DNA of 64,000 nt from a virus. Both the position numbers and the translations under genes were made by a program. Of the stretch, positions 46,275 to 56,700 are shown one piece after another. Location: positions 132,878-196,877 of the IMG/VR virus record IMGVR_UViG_3300046777_002658. One strand, 5' to 3'. Every line of letters starts with the position of its first letter. The stretch's first letter is position 1. Under the pieces are notes generated by a model. The model was not told the DNA's origin. It saw nothing but the letters and a program-made list of their open reading frames with translations, and did not search any database.

Positions 46275-46763
46275 TTGTGGATTAGATTAGCAAGAGAGTA
46301 TCTAATGTTAGAAGAGAGTAGTAAGTATTCAGACCTAGTTAAAACACTATACTCAGCTCATGCTGACGTTGTTGTGCTGTATTATAAAGTTTGGGGCTGT
46401 CACTGGAATGTGAATGGTATATACTTCTCCCAGCTACATGATCTATTTAAAGAGATATACGAGGGGCTGGCGGAGGCTGTAGACCGCAATGCTGAGAACA
46501 TTGGTTCATTAGGTTATAAAGCTCCCTCAAAGCTGTCTATGCTTTTACAGATGACAGAGATACAAGAGATTGATGGAACTGAGGATGCTGTGACAATGGT
46601 TAGGTTGCTGGCAAAAGATGTTCTACTAGCAATCGCTAACTTAAAGAAGGTAAACTCTGAAGCTGTTAAAGTTAACCAGCAGGGAGTTATTAACATGGTG
46701 GGAGATTTATCAGAAGAGTATAGTGCCTACTTGTACAAACTAAGGAGAACTTTAGGGGAATGA
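46275..46763 (+). CDS. dps: Dps/ferritin-like protein
   Basis: HWNVNG..FSQLHDLFKEIY...DRNAENIGSLG. Confidence 0.85.
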   Translation: MWIRLAREYLMLEESSKYSDLVKTLYSAHADVVVLYYKVWGCHWNVNGIYFSQLHDLFKEIYEGLAEAVDRNAENIGSLGYKAPSKLSMLLQMTEIQEIDGTEDAVTMVRLLAKDVLLAIANLKKVNSEAVKVNQQGVINMVGDLSEEYSAYLYKLRRTLGE

Positions 46764-47278
46764 AACTACTGCAACCGCATCAACTTAATCAACTTAAAGA
46801 GAGTGATGCAGTAGTCTACACATACTGCCAGCAGACTAAAAACCTTAAGCATAACTCTCTCTTAAAGCAAGCTGGTAAGCTCTTAAAGCAAAACTATACT
46901 CCAGCCTTCCCGGCTACTAATCCAGACGAACCTTGCTTAAAGACTGTAACCCTAAAAGATATAGAGAAGCTGGCTAGTTTTCTAAGCTCTTGCGAGAAGT
47001 CTGACCTCTACGTCTGTTCCACTTATAAAGAGCTTTCATTAAGCATTCTAATCTTGGGGTTTATAGTCAGAGAAGGTTTGGCTATTCAGTACGCAATAGC
47101 AGAAGCAGTCAAACAAGACTTGGCAACAGAACCAGCATTATGGTTTTTAATGGTAGCAGACCATTATCTAGACTTGAGTGGTGTGTTAGTTGAGAAGGTT
47201 GAGGAATACCTAGAGACCGGCATAGCAGTAACTAAAGAACCAAAAATCATAAAAGCAGAGTGGTACGAGGGAGATTAA
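46760..47278 (+). CDS. Hypothetical protein
   Basis: Coupled ORF. Confidence 0.65.
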   Translation: MKLLQPHQLNQLKESDAVVYTYCQQTKNLKHNSLLKQAGKLLKQNYTPAFPATNPDEPCLKTVTLKDIEKLASFLSSCEKSDLYVCSTYKELSLSILILGFIVREGLAIQYAIAEAVKQDLATEPALWFLMVADHYLDLSGVLVEKVEEYLETGIAVTKEPKIIKAEWYEGD

Positions 47279-47349
47279 TGTGATAGATGTCTCAGTCAGT
47301 AAGCTAAACAATAACAGAAGCTTAACTTGCTACTTTAAAAAGGTTGGCT

Positions 47350-47374
47350 AAAAGCAGAATTTAGCTCTGCTTTT
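47350..47374. terminator. Hairpin terminator, possibly bidirectional
   Basis: AAAAGCAGA-ATTTAGC-TCTGCTTTT. Confidence 0.6.
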
Positions 47375-47408
47375 ATATTTAATTACAAAGTTAACTGTAA
47401 GACAAATT

Positions 47409-47567
47409 ATGGTAGAAACTGCCGCAGAAGTTCTTATTCGCACAGCTAGAAGATGGTACAATATACAACATCTTAATCCTGTGTTACGCAAGAAGCTAAT
47501 GGCTCTACCAGAGACAGAGTTTAAGGTAGAGCTTGAAAAGCTTTCTAGAGCCTCAGTGTTACGTTGA
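47409..47567 (+). CDS. 52-aa ORF convergent with the recombinase (not in track)
   Basis: MVETAAEVLIRTARRWYNIQHLNPVLRKKLMALPETEFKVELEKLSRASVLR; overlaps the recombinase 3' end. Confidence 0.5.
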   Translation: MVETAAEVLIRTARRWYNIQHLNPVLRKKLMALPETEFKVELEKLSRASVLR

Positions 47568-48909
47568 GTATCTCTCCGTTCAAAACAACAACCTCAGCTA
47601 CTAAGTCTCTATAAATTGGGCATCTATCAATCCAAGATAAATCTTCCCAATAGGCGCTACTGCTAAAGCAGTGAGAAAGTATGTGGAGCAGTTCAGCATT
47701 AACTAACTGCTCATTGACCAGTTTCTGCCTGAGAGTATCTATTTCTAGCAGAGTTTGCTCAATAGCTGTTTGGATAACAGTAGTTCTGGGCATACTTTGT
47801 AACACCTGCAATTGAACTTTTCTACCTTCTATCTCAGGTGTATCTTTAACAGAGTTATCAACTGAAGAAAAAGAATAGTCTCTTAGTTGTTCATACCTGG
47901 TTAGTAACACTTGGTCAACCTTAGAAATTATGTCTGGGAGGTAGGTACTTTTTTTATTTGTACAAAAGGCGTCACCCAGGTTCTCATGCTTTTTACATCT
48001 AATTCTATAAGTAGAGTATTTAGACTTTCTACAAAAGCACTTATAACCACAGTCCCCACAAGTAATCTGTCCAGCTAAAGGTATAACTTCGTCACCAATC
48101 TTGTTATTCCCATAGCTATATCTGTTCTTGTTAACTTCAAGTTTTCTTCTTATTAAATTAATTTCTTTTAGAGATATGAGTGCCTGATGTGTGTCTTCAT
48201 AGACTGTCCAGTTCTCAGGTTTATTGAGATTGCCTTTTATGTTATAAGCTGTATGCCCTCTTAAAACTGGATTAAGGAGCCAATACCTTAACCCTGCCGC
48301 TGTCCAAGAGATTTTATAAGTCTGAAGTATGTAGCGGCAGGTACTTCTTAAGGTTTCGTTACCAATAAGAAAATGCTCTACTATATCTCTGGCTATCAGC
48401 CAGTTAGATATATCTCCATGTAAGGAGTGGTTAGGTGCATACTTTTCTTCTAATCTTATATATCCAAACGGAGGTCTTGGAGAGGCTTTCTTTTGTTCTC
48501 TAAAGTAGTCTAGCCCATGCTTTATTCTATCTGCTAAAAGTCTGGATTCAAACTCAGCAAGACCAGCCATTTGATTGATTGAAAACCATCCAAAAGGTGA
48601 GGAGGGATCAACTGGTGCATCAAGAACTATAAGCTTTACCTTATAAGTTTCTAGCAGAGACAAAGTTTTGTGGATAGTAATAACACTTCTTCCCAGCCGA
48701 TCTATCCTAGTAACTATAACACCTGTTATTTTTCCTTGTTTACACTGACTAAGAAGTTTATTAAACTGCTTTCTTTTATCGCTGCGACCTGATTCTACAT
48801 CAGAAAATATACAAACCGCCCCAGCCTTCTCAACCCTAGCTGTCTGCTGTTCTAGAGCATTTGTTTCATCTTGTTCTTTTGTACTAACCCTCACATAACC
48901 AACTAACAT
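47545..48909 (-). CDS. Large serine recombinase (XisF-like architecture)
   Basis: VGYVRVST, SDVESGR...R..F, VTRIDRLGR, AEFES, PPFGY, GQITCGDCG zinc ribbon. Confidence 0.92.
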   Translation of the reverse strand: MLVGYVRVSTKEQDETNALEQQTARVEKAGAVCIFSDVESGRSDKRKQFNKLLSQCKQGKITGVIVTRIDRLGRSVITIHKTLSLLETYKVKLIVLDAPVDPSSPFGWFSINQMAGLAEFESRLLADRIKHGLDYFREQKKASPRPPFGYIRLEEKYAPNHSLHGDISNWLIARDIVEHFLIGNETLRSTCRYILQTYKISWTAAGLRYWLLNPVLRGHTAYNIKGNLNKPENWTVYEDTHQALISLKEINLIRRKLEVNKNRYSYGNNKIGDEVIPLAGQITCGDCGYKCFCRKSKYSTYRIRCKKHENLGDAFCTNKKSTYLPDIISKVDQVLLTRYEQLRDYSFSSVDNSVKDTPEIEGRKVQLQVLQSMPRTTVIQTAIEQTLLEIDTLRQKLVNEQLVNAELLHILSHCFSSSAYWEDLSWIDRCPIYRDLVAEVVVLNGEILNVTLRL

Positions 48910-49217
48910 AAAGTACCTTCAAAGAGTTTACTATGTTAATACTACCAGAGAGGAGTTAACATAGTGGATAGTGCCCAATACACCCAATCATCCCGTGTTC
49001 GATTCAAGATGGGATTTTTTTATTAGCCACCAAGGAGGAGCAGCGTGTCCTAGATAGTGTCTTGGAGACAACTGCTAACTTAATGAAAGAAGTGTACACG
49101 GAGATGATTGAAGGGTTAACCTACGCCAAAGCAAAAGCTCTGCAAGACTTCAGAGCAGGTGTAGTTGACGAAGACTTCCTTAGCCAAGAACAAGATAAAC
49201 ATAAGGGTAAACTTTAA

Positions 49218-49505
49218 ATGTTTCATCCATGCCAATTTGGTGGTAACTGCATAGACCCAGGCAACCCGTCGGACTGTGAAGTTAACTTATCTTGTGTTAA
49301 TTTCAGGTCTATTGAAGAGAAGTCAGCCTTTGATGCCTTACCAGACCTTTTTGTTGTAGAGGCACAAGGCTTAGAGCTTAAGTTTAAAAACCAAAACCAA
49401 CTTAAGTTCTTCGTGACTGACCATAAAGGTGAGTATAAAGTATATGCGATTGTTAACAATCAGCATATACCTATTGACCTTGAAGAACTACTTAGAAGTA
49501 GATAG
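49218..49505 (+). CDS. Hypothetical Cys-containing protein
   Basis: ORF track. Confidence 0.55.
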   Translation: MFHPCQFGGNCIDPGNPSDCEVNLSCVNFRSIEEKSAFDALPDLFVVEAQGLELKFKNQNQLKFFVTDHKGEYKVYAIVNNQHIPIDLEELLRSR

Positions 49506-49521
49506 CCGTAAAGGATATAAA

Positions 49522-50163
49522 ATGGATTTTTCAATTTTGTCTGATGATCAGTTGTTAGATTTGCTAAAAGCTACAATGGCGGAAGCCATTAAAAGAGGTG
49601 GGGATATCGCCTCTGCTGCAAAAGGTGAAGTTTTATCTGCTCAAGAAAGAGCTGCTATTGAATTTAAGGTAGCAGAAAAAATCAGGATTGAAAGAGAAGA
49701 AAAAGAGCGAAAGAGGGTAGCAAAAGAAGCTGAAGCCCGTATGCGTGAAGAAGAGTTAAAAAATCAAGCTGAAAAAGTAGAAACAGATTGGGAAATCAAA
49801 TCTGCTGCTGTAGCTGCTATTCGCCAATGGGGATATGATGGCGAGTTTGAAATTAATATTTGGAGTCGTGGTGCAGACCGCCGCGTTTATTTCCAAAAAG
49901 ATGCGGGAAGAAGAGTCTCTTGGAAATGGTGCTTGTACCTGGGAGGCAATGCTTATCATCCTCCTGGTGATTTCGAGGGGGAAGGTGCGGACTGCTGGTT
50001 TGATGATAAGCAGGATGAATTGAAAGCATTGTTAAAAGAGATAGCCTCTAGCTGGAAAGGTGATGTAAGTATCCCCTGTAAAGTGGGGGATGTCGCACCA
50101 GCACCCCAGACCTTGGCAAAATATTTAAAAGCAATTGGAATGGGAGTTGAAGCTAATGTCTAA
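49522..50163 (+). CDS. Hypothetical protein (coiled coil + globular domain)
   Basis: Start at MDFS after AAGGA. Confidence 0.65.
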   Translation: MDFSILSDDQLLDLLKATMAEAIKRGGDIASAAKGEVLSAQERAAIEFKVAEKIRIEREEKERKRVAKEAEARMREEELKNQAEKVETDWEIKSAAVAAIRQWGYDGEFEINIWSRGADRRVYFQKDAGRRVSWKWCLYLGGNAYHPPGDFEGEGADCWFDDKQDELKALLKEIASSWKGDVSIPCKVGDVAPAPQTLAKYLKAIGMGVEANV

Positions 50164-50740
50164 TATTGTCAATCCTCTACAGCTTCTAATTAATCAAGCC
50201 GCATCTGCAAAGCCCTCCAGGGCGATGCAGACTTACCGAGAAAGATTGAATCCTAAATCATCCGGTAATACTGTAATTCTACTGGATATTTCTGGCTCGA
50301 TGAGTGAAGTTGTTGGCAGCAAGCGCAAAATTGATATCCTTCGCCAAGCTGTTGATCGTCAGTTGTTAATAAATGAAGTAGTGTTAGTTTTTTCTTCAGG
50401 ATGCGATCAAGTTGCATCATTTCAGTTAATTCCTGAACCCTTTGGGGGAACTGCTATGCACTTGGGGCTACAACAAGCATCTTTTTACTCACCAAGTCAC
50501 ACGCTTGTAGTCTCAGATGGACAACCAGATTGTCAAAAACAAGCTTTTAAAGAAGCTGAAATGCTGCCGGGTACAATATCTACACTTTATATTGGCAATG
50601 ATAAAGATCTAAATGCAGTAGCCTTTATGTCAAAGTTGGCTAGAGTTGGATGTGGTAGATTTGAGGTATGCAATATACACAACTTGGAAAACCAAAAAGA
50701 ACTCGGTTCAGTTATTAAAGGCTTGTTACCTAGTAACTAA
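50156..50740 (+). CDS. vWA-domain protein
   Basis: MIDAS motif LLDISGSM, GGTAM, VVSDGQP. Confidence 0.88.
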   Translation: MSNIVNPLQLLINQAASAKPSRAMQTYRERLNPKSSGNTVILLDISGSMSEVVGSKRKIDILRQAVDRQLLINEVVLVFSSGCDQVASFQLIPEPFGGTAMHLGLQQASFYSPSHTLVVSDGQPDCQKQAFKEAEMLPGTISTLYIGNDKDLNAVAFMSKLARVGCGRFEVCNIHNLENQKELGSVIKGLLPSN

Positions 50741-53700
50741 GCAAACTGATTACTCATCCAGCCTCCTGCCAGCCCAAACAAGTCTTGATAACCACTACTC
50801 ATAGAATTGCCAGATGATTCTCTAGTAACAACTTCTCTATTAACATGAGTGGGGAGAGGGCTGGCTGTGGTCTCAACATGGTGAGCATCATCAATCTTAG
50901 TAGTTAACCTGACAGCCAGCCCTCGATCAGAAGAACTTATAGCAGCGCCAGTAGCTATTTCTGGTGCGTTGGCAACACTAGACTTGAGTGGCTCATTAGG
51001 TTGTTCTGTAGGCTTGCGGGAGGCTGTGTCTTTAGAGATAACAACAGTCAGATTCTGTAGCTTTTGCTCACCTTTTTTTTGTAAGTCTGCTAAAGCCACA
51101 GTTTGTTCTTTGTACTCTTTTGTAATAGCTTGTAATTGTTCTGGCTGGAGAGTGTTAGACGTCAGAGAGTTTCTAGCAGTTTTTGAAACTGCTTCTTTAG
51201 GGACAGAAGGTGCGAAACTTTGTTTGCTCTCTTTATCCAGCTTAGGTTGCTTTAAGTAGTTTACAAGCTGGTCGGCTAGTCCTGGTACGCGACGCATTCC
51301 ATCATAAAGACCTTGCCAATCAACTCTGCTTATTCTACCTTGAACAAATTGTATAAGCTGTTTGCCTGTAGTGATTTTACCTTGTTGGATTGCAAGAGCT
51401 AACTCAGCTGAGTTAAACCTACCTCTTCCTGTTGGTAATGTTCTTTCACCAGTGAGCATACTTCCTACAAGGTTGATATAGCCTTGTGGGGTAGAAGTCT
51501 CTCTCGAGAAGTAAGTAGTATTAAACTGAGCAAAGCCCTTCATTCTATTACCAGCTCCACCCATAATGGTAAAGTGGTCTGTTCTGCTGACACCTTTACC
51601 AAAAGCCTCTCCCCCACCTATTAATAAAGCAACAGCTAAGGCAGCCCGTCCTTTGGCTGTTGATTGGTCAAAGTATTTGTTAATGCTTAATGTCTCAGCT
51701 AAGAGATTTAAAGACTCATAGCCTGTAGATAATTTGAGTCGATTTCTGCTAGTTGATGTCAGAGAAGCTGAAGAACTCTGTTTGCTTACTTCTGGAGATG
51801 TTGTAAAAAGACCTTTTTCTCTTGCAGAGTTTGTGGGGCTGGAGTAGTTCTCTTTTTTCTCTGGCGCGTTACTAGAAGATTGTACAGACTTAGCTTTTCT
51901 TAATAAGTTAGGACTGAGGTCTACTTGTCTGCCATCAACGTTTATCCAAGTTCTTAAGTCAACGTGAGGAGCAAAAGAATTTTTACCACCTGCACCAGTA
52001 CCACCCATTAGACCTATTTTTGTTCCTTGAGATATGTTTTTACCAACTAAATCAGTTCTTAACCCAGAAGCCTGCAAGTGAGCGTAAGCCTGGTAGATTG
52101 TGTAGTCTTTTCCTTGATAATTGTAGGTTGAGTCTGTTGTAACTCTAACTCTATACCCATAGCCACCCTCTAGCCCAACACTAGTAACCTTACCTCCTAA
52201 CCAAGCTTTTACTGCTCCGTCAGCCGATACGTAGTCTATCCCTAAGTTTCTGTTAGAAGCCGGTAAGTTTCTCAACTTACCATCACTAAATATTGCTTGT
52301 GTAGCAGCTTTAAAGCTATGACCATGAGGTTCCATAAAACCACCAGTGATAGTTATTGCTCCCACATTAGAAACTTTACCAGACTTGTAATTACCTCTAT
52401 AAACTTGAGTTTCTGGTATAGCAAAAGATATATCTAGAGGTTTAGACTTACCCCCAAAGAATCTACCAATGCCCTCAACAGCTCCAACAACATTATTTGC
52501 TATACCAGTTGCTAGGTTTGTTACCAGACTAGAAGTACCACTAATAGCTGGGTCAACAACATTTGTTTTTACTTCATTCAGCTTTCTACGTACAAAACCT
52601 TTAACTCTTCTAAATCCACTATCAACACTGCTGCTTATAAACTTAAAGAAGTCTGCTAATGGGTTAGAGTCTTTTTCAGTTTTACTGCTAAAGTCATATA
52701 ATCCCAAGTCACTATGACTATCTATACTAGAGGCTATTAGTATAGAAGACTGACTATTAGCATACTTTTGCTTATGTTTAGCTTCGTCTAAAGCTTTTCT
52801 ACCCTGTATCTTCTCTTTAGAGCTTTCTGCTTCCATCCACTTAAAAGATGAAGCTCGTGTACCCCGAAAGAAGTTTTCAACTCCCGCGTATAGACCTACA
52901 AGTGCGCCAACCGTCCCTCCAATTAACGCTCCAACAGCCAATACAGGTAGTGCAGCTGCTGTAACAACTCCAGCAGCCAAAAGACCAAAAGCTGTTCCTA
53001 ACCCTGCCAAAGCACCAAGCACCAAACCAACTGTAGATCCTGTAGCAATATTTTCGTTTAACTCTCTGACCCTTGCATGACTTGTTCTGCCAGCAATTTG
53101 CATTCTTTTTTGTAGGGTAGAAGAGTAGTAAGACTCCAAAGATGGTTCTGCAACAGCAGTAACAATACCAGTACCTATTATCCCTGGTGCACCACCAAGA
53201 ATACCAACACTATTTATAGCAGATGTAGTTAGAGAGGCTGCTTGCTTACCAATATCCTGCGTTGCTATTCTGTAGTCTTTGGGAGCCTCAACTGCTAACT
53301 TGTTTAAGTTAAAAACGCTTGTAGTAGTCCAAGCTGTTGAGAATACTCCAGAAATTACAGGTGAACTTTTGCTCAGTAGAGACCTTCCTGCCGCTGGCGC
53401 TGTTGTGCCCCTTAAAAGATTAAGCTTAAGCACAGGGTCTGTAAGACCAACTGCTCTAGCAGCTCCAAGAGATTTTAAAGATGAAAGACTAGCAGCTCTG
53501 GCTGCTTGCAAAGAATTTAAAGCATATCTAGCTCCATAACCAGCAGAGACTAACACAGCAAGACCAGAACCACCAAGAGCTAAATTCCTAGTTGTTTGGT
53601 CTTCTCCGCTTTCGTAAGCCTTGTCTCCCAATGCTTTACCAATTAAAGGATTAATGGTTCTTTCAGCATTTATAGCTACTACTAATGCTGCAGTAGGTGA

Positions 53701-56700
53701 TCGCATCTTCAGAGCAAGTAAAGTACCAGCAGCCGCGTTTACACTAACTCCAGTTAGATTTTGGTAGGCGGCTCTATATTGCTGTCTGGTTGACCTATTA
53801 TTTAGCTGAGAGATGTCGTAAGCAGCATAACCATACAGACCAACATCTATAACAGAGGGAGCAAACTCATAAGCAAATTTACCAACAGAAGGCAGGATTG
53901 CTTTTGCTTGTCTAAATTTTCTTATTGCTCCTATTCTTGTTCTATTAATACGTCTGAAAGTTTTTGGATAGTTTCTTTTAATACTTTTGCCGATATCAAA
54001 GTTTTTTAAAGTTGCGGCAACAGAAGATACAGCTCTTATAGCACTTTGAACTACTCTTAAATTAATAATATTTTTAGCAATAGGGACTATCTGTGAGGCA
54101 CCAGGCACAAATCTGCCTATGGCAGCACCAATGTTTTTAATCCTTTGCCAATCACCGCCCAGCAAATGTAGTCTGCTTACGCTAATACCTGGCTTCCTAA
54201 ATGGTCTGGCAAGCCCGTACCTGTAAGCTCCTAGTAAAGCAAAACTGCCTGCTGCCCAGCTTTGCGCTTCCCTTTCTATCTTGCCTGATGTACCTTCATC
54301 ACTAAAAGCCAAACCAACAATCTTAGTCAGACCCCAAGCTGGAGCAGCGTATAAAGCAGCCCCTGGTATACTAGCGGCTAGACCTTTATAAAAGTTAGTG
54401 CTACCTCTTGCTAAAACAGACTGAGCTCGATTAGACAGTGCTGAAACTGTAAAAGTAGCACCAGCAGCTACACCACCAAGAACCATACTAGACTGAACAG
54501 AACTAAAATTAGCTATGTTCTTGTTACCCCAGTCGTTGTCTTCTCTATTTAAGCCAAAGTAGCTAGAAGCTGTACCAATTAGGTTAACAGCAATTTGACT
54601 GGCAGCAGTAGTAATAGCAAAAGCTGACAAAGCAAAAATTGATGACTTAGCAAGGATTGGCGGCAGCTTAGGTAACTGTCTGTTATTAGCCCAAGTTCTA
54701 ATAGCTTGCTTAGTAGTGGGAGAAGAATACTTGTAAGCAGTATAACTGGTCAACCCGACCGCTAGAGTGTTGGCAGCTATAAGCAGCCTTAAACCTCTAT
54801 TTTTACCCTTTTTATCAAAGTGTTCAGAAGCTAAGTAAGTGGCTCCTATCGCCAGAGTGAACAAAGCACTAGGAGTTTTTAGTGCGCCAACGGTGACTTT
54901 AAAAGGAGTGAAGTTAGCAATCTTGCTGATAGTGCTCCCAACCTTATTTGGAAGGCTCCTAAATAAGTCAATGACTTTTCCAACAGGTTTATACTTTCTG
55001 TAAGCAAGAACTTTGAGAGTCCGGAAAGTTCTATTAGCCAGTCTGCTAATCTTTTCTGCAACAGAACTAAATATGTTTCCTACAGTAGTAAGTCCATGTT
55101 TTAGTAAACCAGAGTAAGTCCCATCATAAGCCAAGCTAGACTTATAGTAGGTTGAGGCAGCTATAGAGGCAGCTCCTAAACCGTCATATCCTAATAGTCT
55201 TCTCTTCCTGAAAGAGCCGTAGCCCGCAAAGTTAGCTTCTAACTGTCTTCTACCAATAGCCATTTGAAGCAAACTACTAACATAAGAGCTATTAGCAAAA
55301 GGCGATAAAACCCTTGGAGCTCCACCACCGCTGTTAAAATACCTTTCCTCTAGTTGTCTTTCACTCTCAGATACTGTGCCACCAAGAACAAATGGTGATA
55401 TCTCAGTGTAAAGATTAGCCTTTATACTTCTAGACTTAGCTCTGTTGTACTTTAATCTTTGAGCCTCATACGTTCTAATCTCAGCAGAAGATACAAGCTC
55501 CATTCTTTCGCCAGCTCTATTACTGCCAGGAGTTTTAGCACCAAGAGCATCATACACTTGGTCTACACTTCGGGGTAATAAAAAGCTCATAGCCAGATAG
55601 CCAGCAGGAGTGTTTTCTACAGATTTCCACAGCCTTTCAATAACTGGGTCTAAAGCTCTAAAAGGTAAGCCAACTATACTAAAAGCTGTGTTAATAATTG
55701 GTATGCCAGTCAGAGCGTTGTAGCCTCTAGCTAAAGCATTAGTTATTTTAGAGCCAATGTTTTTATCAAACCAATCAGCAGCTTTACCAATAGATTTTCT
55801 AGCAGCACCTTTATTAAAATACTGATCAGCAACAAATAAACCTAAGCCTGCCCCGACAATTGCTGTTCCTACCAAAGGGTTAGCAATCAGAGCTTTCAAC
55901 CCAAAGGTCGCTATACCAATAGAGGGTAGCTGCATTGTATAGTAAGCAGCAGCACCCGCAGCTCTGCTTTTCTCTAGCCTGTCGTCTGTAGCTGCTGCTT
56001 TAGTCAAAGCAGAGGCAACGTTATAAAAAGGTATCAGGTCAATTAGCCTGTTTACTAACCTACCAGCTCCAGCAGCTCCTTCTTTAAATAATCCAATATA
56101 ACCACTTTTATTAATAATCTCAGAAGTCGCTAGACCAGCACTAGACTGACCAGCAATCCTGCTTCTACCAAGACCAATCTGTTTTGTATAATTTTTAAGT
56201 TCTAAGTCTTTAACAAATCCAGTAGTAGCGTTCTCTAGTAACCTGTTATCTAAATCTTGGAGTTTAGATGCGATCGCTACTCTAGACAGGTTAGCTTTAG
56301 CCTCAAGAGAAACATTTTTACCTTGAATTAAGTTTAACTCAATCTTAAGGCTGTCTAAAGTTTTTAGTGCAGCCTCCGCTCCGTCATCTCCCAGAGATAA
56401 AATCTCTTGAAACTTTCTGACGGGAGAGTCCTCAAAAGCTATAGTTCTTTCTAGTAAGTTAGCTTTAACATACTTTTTAAGGTTTTCTACATAATCACTA
56501 ATTTCATCCTCACCACTAACATTTGTGAGACCAATACCACCTAATACAGAATTACCAGAAGGGTCTAACAAGCTGGCTACACCCATGTAGTAACTCTTCA
56601 TAATACTTTGAGTAGAGCTGCTTAAGCTTTTCAACCTTCCACTTGTTACTTCTATGGCGTTGCTTGCCACAACAGTGTTTGTGTCGGCTAAAACCTGAGA

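Noticed and set aside
48952-49015. Functional tRNA
   Set aside because: No pairing anticodon or acceptor stem; kept only as a tRNA-like remnant or terminator.
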